The notes under the pieces are model-generated. The model saw only the letters and a list, made by a program, of their open reading frames with translations, was not told the origin of the DNA and did not search any database. Shown here in pieces: positions 40,992 through 50,084 of a DNA stretch of 63,794 nt (positions within the stretch are counted from its first letter, which is position 1; every line of letters starts with the position of its first letter). The translations under genes were made by a program, and so were the position numbers. Source of the DNA: Cyclobacteriaceae bacterium (lineage in GTDB: Bacteria > Bacteroidota > Bacteroidia > Cytophagales > Cyclobacteriaceae); the NCBI GenBank assembly GCA_031384895.1, contig JANNAZ010000248.1, forward strand, positions 1 through 63,794, read 5' to 3'.

Positions 40992-41073
40992 CGTTTCTTT
41001 AGGTTCTTATTCCTTTTCTCAAGGAGGTTACTCCTTGCCTACTCATTTATACATTCTACTAATACGCAAGCTT

Positions 41074-44000
41074 ATGCTTGATAAGATCATTTTCTTTTCT
41101 ATCCGCAATAAACCGATTGTCGGTCTCCTTACTCTTGGGTTAATCCTCTGGGGTGTGAACGCACTTCGACAGTTGCCAATTGATGCCGTCCCAGACATCA
41201 CCAACAATCAGGTTCAGGTGATCACGGTCGCCCCATCCCAGTCCGCGTTGGATATCGAGCGGTTGGTGACTTTTCCTGTTGAGCAAAATGTTGCTACTAT
41301 TCCCGGAATCGAGGAGGTCCGTTCTTTTTCCCGGTTCGGACTATCCATTGTAACGATTGTATTCAAGGATGGCATTGACGTCTACTGGGCACGACAGCAA
41401 GTCAATGAGCGCCTGACCGAAATTCAAGGGCAGATACCTCCAGGGGTTGGCTCACCAAAGCTCGCTCCGATCACAACAGGGCTTGGCGAAATCTATCAGT
41501 ATGTAATTCATGCCTTACCGGGTTATGAAGAAAAATATACTTCCATGGAACTTCGCACCATCCAGGATTGGATTGTGCGAAGGCAATTGCTTGGAACAGA
41601 AGGTGTAGCCGATGTGAGCAGCTACGGAGGCTACTTAAAGCAGTATGAAATCGCCGTGAACTCGGACAAGCTGCGAAGTTTCAACCTTAGCGTCACAGAT
41701 ATCTTCAGTGCACTTGAAAAAAATAATCAAAATACCGGTGGTGCTTACATCGATAAGAAACCTAATGCTTACTTCATCCGCTCGGAGGGATTGATAACCA
41801 GCCTTCAGGATCTTGAAGGCATCCTACTAAGGACGACGACGACGGGCTATCCCATATTTCTCCGCGATGTGGCAAAGGTGCAATTTGGGCACGCTATCCG
41901 ATATGGCGCCATGACACGAAATACAGAAGGTGAAGTCACGGGGGCCGTCGTTATGATGTTAAAGGGCGCCAACTCCTCCGAAGTCATAAGGAATGTAAAA
42001 GATCGAATTGAACTGATCAAGAAGAATCTTCCTGAGGGTGTCGCCATAGACCCGTTTCTGGATCGGACCAAGCTCGTCAACAAGGCGATCAGTACGGTGA
42101 CCACCAACCTTGCCGAGGGGGCGCTGATCGTCATTTTTGTTCTCGTTGTTTTGCTGGGAAATCTTCGCGCAGGTCTGATTGTCTCCTCGGTCATTCCGCT
42201 GGCTATGCTATTCGCTATTGGTCTGATGAATGTGTTTGGAGTTTCAGGGAACCTCATGAGTTTGGGTGCCATAGATTTTGGGCTCATCGTCGACGGGGCT
42301 GTAATTATTGTGGAGGCAACCATGCATCACCTGGGGGTCCGGCGAATGGGGACGGTACTCTCACAACAGGAAATGGATGAGGAGGTAAGTAATTCCGCCA
42401 GCAAGATTATGAACAGTGCTGCCTTCGGAGAAATAATAATCTTGATTGTGTACCTGCCAATCCTGACCCTTGTCGGCGTGGAGGGTAAGATGTTCCGCCC
42501 AATGGCCCAGACCGTTTCTTTTGCGATCGCCGGTGCATTTATTCTTTCACTGACCTATGTGCCCATGATGAGTTCTGTGTTCTTGAGCAAGAAGATCAGT
42601 GGCACTGTGACAGTTTCTGATCGCGCAATAAAGTTTATTCATGTCTTGTACGATCCCATTATCCGTTTGGCCTTACATCATCGACTTAAAGTAATTGCCC
42701 TTGCTGCCGCACTTTTTGTCGGCAGTATTCTCCTTTTCCTGACCCTGGGGGCCGAATTCATCCCTACACTGGACGAAGGCGACTTTGCAGTCGAAACGCG
42801 AATTCTCACCGGCAGCAGCCTTTCGGAATCCATAGAAACAGCAACCAAGGCTAGCGAAATCCTGCTGCGCAAATTCCCCGATGAAGTAAAAGAAGTAATT
42901 GGTAAAATCGGTTCTTCTGAAATACCTATTGACCCAATGCCGTTGGAAGCCGCGGACTTAATTATTGTCCTGAAGGATAAGGCGGAATGGAAAAGAGCAA
43001 AAGGTCGGGATGAGCTTGCTGAAAAAATGGGCAAAGAATTGGATGTCCTGGCGGGTGTGGATTTTGGGTTTCAGCAGCCTATCCAAATGCGATTCAATGA
43101 GTTGATGACCGGGGCCCGGCAGGATATTGTTATCAAGGTCTATGGTGAGAACCTGGAGCAACTGACCTCCTATGCTGCCACGATTGGTCAGATTGTAAAA
43201 AGTGTGCACGGGGCAAAAGATCTTTACGTGGAAAAGGTTACCGGCCTGCCGCAAATCCTGGTTCGTATCAAACGAGAACAATTGGCCCAGTTTGGTCTGG
43301 ACATTCAGACTGTCAACCAAGCCATCAACATGGCTTTTGCCGGGCAGAGTGCCGGGATGGTTTATGAAAATGAACGCCGGTTTGACCTGGTAGTTCGACT
43401 GGAAAATGGAAAGCGTCAAAGCATCGACGACCTCAAGACGCTGTTCATTTCCTCGCCGGATGGAAAACAAGTTCCGCTTGTGCAAGTCGCAGATGTGGAA
43501 TTACAGGTTGGCCCAAATCAAATTCATCGCGACGATGCAAAGCGTAGAATAACAATTGGCTTCAACGTACGGGGGAGAGACATACAAAGCATCGTTGATG
43601 AGGTCAAAGGAAAAATAGAGCTCAAGATTAAGTTCCTTCCCGGATACTTTCCTACCTATGGAGGAGCATTTAAGAATCTGGAGGAAGCCAGGGCCCGACT
43701 GCTTGTTGCGGTGCCCGCAGCCCTTCTGCTCATTTTCGCGCTTCTTTATTTCACTTTTCATTCCCTCAAACAAGGGCTTATCATTTACACAGCAATTCCA
43801 CTTTCCGCGATTGGGGGCATCGTTGCGCTCTGGATTCGCGACATGCCGTTCAGCGTTTCTGCCGGAGTCGGTTTCATTGCCCTCTTTGGCGTCGCGGTTC
43901 TTAATGGAATCGTACTTATCGCCGAATTCAATCACCTCAAACAAGAAGGAGAAACGGACATGACTAAACTTCTTCTGAGGGGAACCACAACGCGTCTCCG

Positions 44001-44196
44001 TCCTGTGCTTATCACCGCAGCAGTTGCATCGCTCGGGTTCCTTCCGATGGCGCTTTCGCAAGGTGAAGGGGCTGAAGTGCAGCGACCGTTGGCCACCGTG
44101 GTCATCGGCGGGCTGATCACTGCGACGATGCTTACACTCGTTGTGCTCCCTTGTTTGTACTATCTCATCGAAAATACTCAGAATCAAAAGAAATAA
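41074..44196 (+). CDS. czcA: CusA/CzcA family heavy-metal RND efflux pump
   Basis: LPIDAVPDITNNQVQV, GNLMSLGAIDFGLIVDGAV, GVAVLNG, RLRPVL and GAEVQRPLATVVIGG motifs. Start at MLDKII. Confidence 0.95.
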   Translation: MLDKIIFFSIRNKPIVGLLTLGLILWGVNALRQLPIDAVPDITNNQVQVITVAPSQSALDIERLVTFPVEQNVATIPGIEEVRSFSRFGLSIVTIVFKDGIDVYWARQQVNERLTEIQGQIPPGVGSPKLAPITTGLGEIYQYVIHALPGYEEKYTSMELRTIQDWIVRRQLLGTEGVADVSSYGGYLKQYEIAVNSDKLRSFNLSVTDIFSALEKNNQNTGGAYIDKKPNAYFIRSEGLITSLQDLEGILLRTTTTGYPIFLRDVAKVQFGHAIRYGAMTRNTEGEVTGAVVMMLKGANSSEVIRNVKDRIELIKKNLPEGVAIDPFLDRTKLVNKAISTVTTNLAEGALIVIFVLVVLLGNLRAGLIVSSVIPLAMLFAIGLMNVFGVSGNLMSLGAIDFGLIVDGAVIIVEATMHHLGVRRMGTVLSQQEMDEEVSNSASKIMNSAAFGEIIILIVYLPILTLVGVEGKMFRPMAQTVSFAIAGAFILSLTYVPMMSSVFLSKKISGTVTVSDRAIKFIHVLYDPIIRLALHHRLKVIALAAALFVGSILLFLTLGAEFIPTLDEGDFAVETRILTGSSLSESIETATKASEILLRKFPDEVKEVIGKIGSSEIPIDPMPLEAADLIIVLKDKAEWKRAKGRDELAEKMGKELDVLAGVDFGFQQPIQMRFNELMTGARQDIVIKVYGENLEQLTSYAATIGQIVKSVHGAKDLYVEKVTGLPQILVRIKREQLAQFGLDIQTVNQAINMAFAGQSAGMVYENERRFDLVVRLENGKRQSIDDLKTLFISSPDGKQVPLVQVADVELQVGPNQIHRDDAKRRITIGFNVRGRDIQSIVDEVKGKIELKIKFLPGYFPTYGGAFKNLEEARARLLVAVPAALLLIFALLYFTFHSLKQGLIIYTAIPLSAIGGIVALWIRDMPFSVSAGVGFIALFGVAVLNGIVLIAEFNHLKQEGETDMTKLLLRGTTTRLRPVLITAAVASLGFLPMALSQGEGAEVQRPLATVVIGGLITATMLTLVVLPCLYYLIENTQNQKK

Positions 44197-44197
44197 C

Positions 44198-45481
44198 ATG
44201 GTACCCATCACACGCCAACAAATGAACAGATTGAGCTGGACCATCCTGCTCCTTGCAGTGGCTGCAGTTGCTCCACGGGCCGGGTATGGTCAAGGCCGGC
44301 CGATCACACTGGATGATGCTGTGCAGTCAGCCCTCAAAAGCAATCCGGGGCTTGAGGCATCTGCCTTGGAGATCGATGTGCAAAAGCAACTCAAGCGCAC
44401 CGCCACAGAGATTCCCAAAACACAAGCTTTACTGATGTATGGGCAATACAACAGTTTGAATAAGGATAACAACTTTACATTGACGCAGAGCATTCCATTT
44501 CCGACGGTGTTCACCAGCCAGGCAAAGCTGGGATCATTGCATGTTCAGAGTAGCGCGTATAAGCAGACCACCTCTGAAAATGAATTGACGTATCAAGTCA
44601 AGCAGGTTTATCAAACACTACGGTACCTTCATGCTCAACAGGCACTACTTCTAAGCCAAGACAGTATCTTCGCTGACCTTGTTCGCATTACGTCGTTGCA
44701 ATATAAAACTGGTGAAGCCACGCTCCTTCAAAAGACGTCCTCGGAAACCCGCTATAATGAGGTACAGAATCTTATCCGTCAAAACGCGGCCGATCAGCGC
44801 ACCTACGGCTCTCAACTACAGATTCTAATCAACGCCCCGGATGAAATCTCGATTGTGCCTGATCGATATCTGCCGCTGAGCACTACACTCGTCGATGATT
44901 CCACCCAGGTCGCATCCAATCCAATGCTGGCCTACTATCGTTCGATAAGCAATATTGCTGCTCAGCAAAAAAGAGTTGATAGCAACAAAGCGCTCCCGGA
45001 TTTGACCGCTGGGTATTTCAATCAAACACTCATTGGTTTTCAACAGCAGCTGGACGGAACCGATCGATACTTTTCATCCGCTGATCGTTTCAGCGGATTC
45101 CTGGTTGGCATTGCCATTCCCATTTGGTTCGTCCCAGCGCATGCCCGTGTAAGAGCATCTTCTATCCACAGTTCCGCAACTCAACTCAATACGCAGTACC
45201 TCGAGAAACAACTGTATGGAGAATGGAACAAGGCCGTACAACAATTTTACAAGTATCAAAACAGCTTGGCGTACTACAACCGCTCTGCGTTACCCAATGC
45301 AGAATTGATTCTCCGTCAATCAAATCTTGCATACCAGGCTGGAGATATTAGCCAGGCCGACTATCGTCTCAATCTTCAGCAAGCATTGGCAATTGAAGAC
45401 GCCTACTTACTGACTATTCTTCAATACAATCAAAGCATCATTATGTTGGAATTTTTGTCTGGCAAGTATTCTAAAAACTGA
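44198..45481 (+). CDS. TolC-family outer membrane efflux protein (CzcC-like)
   Basis: Signal-like segment from M44222; ITLDDAVQSALKSNP, TQSIPFP, GIAIPIW and YQAGDIS motifs. Confidence 0.9.
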   Translation: MVPITRQQMNRLSWTILLLAVAAVAPRAGYGQGRPITLDDAVQSALKSNPGLEASALEIDVQKQLKRTATEIPKTQALLMYGQYNSLNKDNNFTLTQSIPFPTVFTSQAKLGSLHVQSSAYKQTTSENELTYQVKQVYQTLRYLHAQQALLLSQDSIFADLVRITSLQYKTGEATLLQKTSSETRYNEVQNLIRQNAADQRTYGSQLQILINAPDEISIVPDRYLPLSTTLVDDSTQVASNPMLAYYRSISNIAAQQKRVDSNKALPDLTAGYFNQTLIGFQQQLDGTDRYFSSADRFSGFLVGIAIPIWFVPAHARVRASSIHSSATQLNTQYLEKQLYGEWNKAVQQFYKYQNSLAYYNRSALPNAELILRQSNLAYQAGDISQADYRLNLQQALAIEDAYLLTILQYNQSIIMLEFLSGKYSKN

Positions 45482-45486
45482 GTGAT

Positions 45487-46626
45487 ATGAACAACTTATC
45501 GATTCTTGTTTTGAGCATTGCATTGTTTGCTTGCGGAGCAAAAGAAACGCTTCCGTCTGGCGAGCAAAAAATTGAAACCGTACCCGGAGACAGTGTCACC
45601 GTCTCCAGTGAGCAGCTAACCGCATCCGGCATTGAGTTGGGCTTCGTGCAGAGTCGCTCGCTGAGTGGGGGCATTTCCGTTACCGGCAAGCTCGATGTTC
45701 CCCCGCAGAACCTCGTTAACATTACTGCACCCTTGGGCGGCTTCCTCCGATCAACGATACTCTTGCAGGGCATGCGTGTTGCTAAAGGGCAGGTCATTGC
45801 AGTCGTCGAGAATCCGGAATACATCCAGCTCCAGCAGGACTACCTGGATACAAAGAGTCAGGTTGCGTTTCTGGAAACGGAATACCAGCGGCAAAAGCAA
45901 TTGGCGGCCGAAAACGTAAACGCTCAAAAGACTCTCCAAAAATCACTGGCTGATGCTACGAGTATGCGGGCTCGAAACAGTGGTCTTGTTGCCAAGCTAA
46001 AAATGCTACACATTGATCCTGACCACCTTCAACCCGAGCACATTCGTTCGACGATTGAATTGCATGCACCCCTTTCGGGCTATGTTACGAATGTGAACAG
46101 CGCAGTGGGATCATTTGTCGCCCCAACTGAAGTGATGTTTACAATCGTTGACACAGAGCACCTTCATGCTGAGCTTATTTGCTTTGAGCGCGATATCCCA
46201 AAAATAAAGATAGGACAGAGAATACGGTTTACTCTTGCCCATGAGTCGGCAGAACGAACCGCGACGGTATTTCTGATTGGGCGAGAGATTAGCGCCGAAC
46301 GAACCGTCCGTATTCACGGCCACTTGGATAAAGAAGATCGTGAGTTGATACCCGGAATGTACCTCAAGGCGATTATTCAAACGGGGTCGAAACAAATGCC
46401 TTCTCTTCCGGAAGAAGCTGTTCTTAATTTTGAAGATCAGCAGCTCATCATCGTTCAGGTATCAAAAGGCTTGTTTTGCCCGTTGGCCGTAACATCGGGG
46501 CTTAGTGAAAACGGCTTCGTTGAAGTCATTCTGCCCACAGGGTTTGATAAAGAAAAAACAAGGGTTGTTACGAAGAATGCGTACAAACTTTTATCAAAAA
46601 TGAAAAACAGTGGCTCGGAAGAGTAA
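45487..46626 (+). CDS. RND periplasmic adaptor lipoprotein (CzcB-like)
   Basis: Lipobox LFAC; GKLDVPPQN, LLQGMRVAKGQ, APLSGYV and LIPGMY motifs. Confidence 0.93.
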   Translation: MNNLSILVLSIALFACGAKETLPSGEQKIETVPGDSVTVSSEQLTASGIELGFVQSRSLSGGISVTGKLDVPPQNLVNITAPLGGFLRSTILLQGMRVAKGQVIAVVENPEYIQLQQDYLDTKSQVAFLETEYQRQKQLAAENVNAQKTLQKSLADATSMRARNSGLVAKLKMLHIDPDHLQPEHIRSTIELHAPLSGYVTNVNSAVGSFVAPTEVMFTIVDTEHLHAELICFERDIPKIKIGQRIRFTLAHESAERTATVFLIGREISAERTVRIHGHLDKEDRELIPGMYLKAIIQTGSKQMPSLPEEAVLNFEDQQLIIVQVSKGLFCPLAVTSGLSENGFVEVILPTGFDKEKTRVVTKNAYKLLSKMKNSGSEE

Positions 46627-46647
46627 CCCCCGAGCTACCTTTGGTGG

Positions 46648-47259
46648 ATGATCACCCTGATTGCTGGCAGCCTTTTTCTCAGTGTGCTTCATGCCATCAT
46701 CCCAAACCATTGGCTCCCCATTCTGGCAATCGGGAAAAAAGAGCAATGGACGCTAGCGCAAACAACCCGGGTCACTCTCATTGCGGGAATGGCGCATGCG
46801 ATAAGCACCGTGCTCATCGGGATGGTGCTGGCCTTTATCGGGTCAACTTTGTCGGCCGCTGTAGAAAGTTTTACAACATACATAGCACCGAGTGTACTAA
46901 TTGGCCTAGGTCTCTTTTATATCTATCAGCACAGTCGGCATCACCACTTCCACATGCATGGCCACCCTGAAAAAGTTTCACATAGCAGAATCATCCTCTC
47001 CCTGGCAACAGCCATGTTTTTTTCCCCGTGCTTTGAAATTGAACCATACTTCCTGCTCGCTGGATCACAGGGCTTATTGTTCGCTGCCTTGTTGGCGCTT
47101 GGCTATGCGGTGGTCACAGTAACTGGCATGGTTGTTTGGGTCCGGATTACTTATCGGGGGCTTCTGAAACTTAACTGGCACGCCATTGAACATAATGCGG
47201 GAATTATCACCGGGGTCACGCTTATCCTCACCGGAATTCTCTCCTTCTTCATTCAGTAG
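46648..47259 (+). CDS. Ni/Co transporter-like membrane protein (NiCoT/RcnA/UreH-like)
   Basis: HAIIPNHW motif in TM1, His-rich loop HSRHHHFHMHGH, SPC motif, about 6 TM segments. Confidence 0.75.
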   Translation: MITLIAGSLFLSVLHAIIPNHWLPILAIGKKEQWTLAQTTRVTLIAGMAHAISTVLIGMVLAFIGSTLSAAVESFTTYIAPSVLIGLGLFYIYQHSRHHHFHMHGHPEKVSHSRIILSLATAMFFSPCFEIEPYFLLAGSQGLLFAALLALGYAVVTVTGMVVWVRITYRGLLKLNWHAIEHNAGIITGVTLILTGILSFFIQ

Positions 47260-48436
47260 TTGTTGGGCGTCCGGTTTGGATTGTCCCCGCCAACCAAATG
47301 CAGGAGAGCATAATAAACGCACCCACGAGGAAGGGCAGGTGAAATTCAATCCCGTAGACAAATCCTCCCAGGGCCATGCCGGCAGCCCGTGCAACTGAGC
47401 CAAAAGATTGATTAACCCCTAGTACGTGTCCAACATCTCGTGGATCTGCCGATTTGGATAGCAACGAAGTTATAGACGGAGTGATACAACCGTTCGCGAG
47501 CGCCAATAAAGAAAACGCGATCAGCTCCAGGGGAATGAATGTCTGCGGTGTCACCCAGGGAATCATGGCAAAGGAAACGATGCACAAGTAGATGCCGGCG
47601 CTGACCAGGCGTTGCTCCCCAAATCGTTTCACAAGGCGACCCACCATGCCCCCTTGAACAATTACTGTAACAACACCAATGAAGGCAAACATGTATCCTA
47701 TTTCAATCTCCGTGAGGCCAATCTCTTCACGCCAAAATAGGGACACCGCAATTTGCATAATCATGAAGGCTGTGATAAAAATGAAATTGATCAACAACAA
47801 TTCGCGAATTACAGGCTTGCGCAATTCTTTGGTGATGCCCGAGATTACTTTAAAGTTGAAATTCAGGTCCTTCTTCTTCTCTTTCAAAGACTCCGGGAGA
47901 AAGAAAAATGCCAACACCAGATTGATCGCGCAAAACGCAGCAGCACCATAGCCAACCCACTCCACATGACCATAGGAAGAAATACTCTTTAGATAACCCC
48001 CAGCGGTAGGACCGATGATAAATCCAAGGCCAAATGCTGCGCCAATAATACCCATCGATTTTGCGCGCTCTTCCGGTCGGGAAACATCCGACACATATGC
48101 CTGAGCTACCGAGAGATTGGCTGAGCCTATCCCCGACAGAATGCGAGACAATAACAAAACCCAAAGATTGACCGTTTGCGAAAAGAGCAAGTAGGCCAGG
48201 GTGGTGATGAATACACTCCCCAAGATGACCGGCCTTCTCCCATACCGGTCGCTTAAGGAGCCCCAAAATGGCGCAAAAAAGAAATTCATGATGGGAAAGC
48301 TCATTGCGATCAGCCCTACCTGATAGTTTTCTGCACCCAGCTCTTTCGAAAAAATGGGAAGGATTGGGATGATGATCCCGAAACCCAGCATGTCGATGAA
48401 AATGGTTATGAAAATGACAACGATGGGCTTCCTCAT
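47249..48436 (-). CDS. MFS transporter (TetA/DHA1-like)
   Basis: DMLGFGIIIPILP, GSLSDRYGRRP and GAAFGLGFIIGP motifs. Confidence 0.93.
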   Translation of the reverse strand: MRKPIVVIFITIFIDMLGFGIIIPILPIFSKELGAENYQVGLIAMSFPIMNFFFAPFWGSLSDRYGRRPVILGSVFITTLAYLLFSQTVNLWVLLLSRILSGIGSANLSVAQAYVSDVSRPEERAKSMGIIGAAFGLGFIIGPTAGGYLKSISSYGHVEWVGYGAAAFCAINLVLAFFFLPESLKEKKKDLNFNFKVISGITKELRKPVIRELLLINFIFITAFMIMQIAVSLFWREEIGLTEIEIGYMFAFIGVVTVIVQGGMVGRLVKRFGEQRLVSAGIYLCIVSFAMIPWVTPQTFIPLELIAFSLLALANGCITPSITSLLSKSADPRDVGHVLGVNQSFGSVARAAGMALGGFVYGIEFHLPFLVGAFIMLSCIWLAGTIQTGRPTTTE

Positions 48437-48527
48437 GGCATGCCTTTGACTCCTTGCGCTATGGGTTTGATTATCATGATTAACTTGATGGCCGTAAATT
48501 TACCAAGGATACGGTGGATACGATGCG

Positions 48528-49715
48528 ATGAAAGACATGATTTCAAGTTTATCTGGGATGGATGTCCAGGGGTTCATTGCATCGAACGAACTGGTGGATG
48601 TTCAACGCCTTCTGCTCAAACACAAAGAAATTCATGGCATCCCTACGGCATGGATTGCCCAGCAGATTCAGGGGCGACGCAAAGCTAAAGAAAAACTTCC
48701 TGACTGGTATAACGCTCCGGGAATTGTCTACCCCCCGGCAGTCAACCTGGAGCAATGCTCTTCGCAGTTGACAGCAAAATACAAGCGCGGGCTTGTAAGC
48801 GGTCACCATGCTGCAGACCTCACCGGTGGATTCGGTGTCGATGCGTTTTATCTCAGTCAGGTATTTTCGATTGTTGACTATGTTGAACCGGATGAAGCCT
48901 TGCTAAAAATTGCGCAGCACAATCACGTGCTGCTCGGCGCAGCAAACATTCGGTACCACAACACAAACGCAGAAGATTTCCTCCGCAAAAACTCAATGGC
49001 GCTCGACTTACTTTTTGTTGACCCCTCGCGGCGAGCGGGCAGTAAAAAGGCCGTTAGGTTGGATGACAGCGTCCCTGATGTGGTCGCATTGAAATCATTG
49101 CTGCTGAAAAAATCCCTTCACGTCCTGATCAAGTCTTCCCCCTTGCTTGACTTAACCCAAGCTCATCGGGAAATGAAGAATGTGGATCAGTTTATTGTTC
49201 TCGCTATAGCGAATGAGTGCAAAGAACTTCTAATCGGTTTAAGGCATGAGGCTCCCAAGGAGCCAACTATTCACGCCGTTGATCTTGATAAAGAAGGTGA
49301 GTCTACACCATTTGCCTTTACCCGGTCTCAGGAAAAGCAAGCTCACGCTCATTTTTCATTGCCTCTCGCCTACCTGTATGAACCCAACGCGGCTATATTG
49401 AAAGCCGCTGCCTTTAAACTTATTAGTGAGCGCTACAATTTGCTTAAGCTGGCGCCTGACACCCATTTGTACACATCGGATGAGAAAATAAACGAATTCC
49501 CAGGCCGGCTGTTTAAGGTTGTCGAACGCGTGGCCCTCGGCAAGGAACTGAAGAAGAAGCTTGATTCGGGGTATGTGAATATCCTCACGCGCAATTATCC
49601 ACTAACTGTAGAAGAAATAAAAAAGAAAACAGGATTGGAAGAAGGTGGAAATTCCTATTTGATTTGTACGCGCGCAGAAAAACCGTTGGCTATTCTAGTG
49701 GAACGATTGAGATAA
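48528..49715 (+). CDS. class I SAM-dependent methyltransferase with THUMP-like C-terminus
   Basis: EQCSS, DLTGGFGVD, FVDPSRR, KSSPLLD and YLYEPNAAILKA motifs. Confidence 0.88.
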   Translation: MKDMISSLSGMDVQGFIASNELVDVQRLLLKHKEIHGIPTAWIAQQIQGRRKAKEKLPDWYNAPGIVYPPAVNLEQCSSQLTAKYKRGLVSGHHAADLTGGFGVDAFYLSQVFSIVDYVEPDEALLKIAQHNHVLLGAANIRYHNTNAEDFLRKNSMALDLLFVDPSRRAGSKKAVRLDDSVPDVVALKSLLLKKSLHVLIKSSPLLDLTQAHREMKNVDQFIVLAIANECKELLIGLRHEAPKEPTIHAVDLDKEGESTPFAFTRSQEKQAHAHFSLPLAYLYEPNAAILKAAAFKLISERYNLLKLAPDTHLYTSDEKINEFPGRLFKVVERVALGKELKKKLDSGYVNILTRNYPLTVEEIKKKTGLEEGGNSYLICTRAEKPLAILVERLR

Positions 49716-49720
49716 TCTGC

Positions 49721-49915
49721 TTACGGGTAGTAATACTGTAGCGCCTTGTACACAACCGCAAAGAAAATCGCCAGTGACCCGTATGATTTGATGACCTTGC
49801 TTCGGTTCTGCACGTCCTCCCACCAAAGCATAGCCCAAGGTCGAATTAATCCAATTATAAGGAACAATACGCAGGTTATGGTGAGAAACAGAACCAGCAA
49901 TTTTACGTTGTCCAT
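49721..49915 (-). CDS. small two-TM membrane protein
   Basis: MDNVKLLVLF...GLIRPWAMLWWEDVQNRSKV; TAAATTTG promoter immediately upstream (49919-49926, minus strand). Confidence 0.7.
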   Translation of the reverse strand: MDNVKLLVLFLTITCVLFLIIGLIRPWAMLWWEDVQNRSKVIKSYGSLAIFFAVVYKALQYYYP

Positions 49916-50084
49916 GATCAAATTTAGCAAAGTGAAGGGAATTGGTTTGGACTTAATCCAAATTCCTTCATTTTAATAATGGCATGAACGCCACAAGGGA
50001 GCCAGGGACCTATCGCGGCCGAACGAACAACGACCAGCCAATAGCTACCAACGAATTCCCTACTTTTGCCCCCTTCGACGGAAC

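Noticed and set aside
47249-48436. tetA resistance gene
   Set aside because: Generic DHA1 MFS motifs only; no tetR or mobile context.
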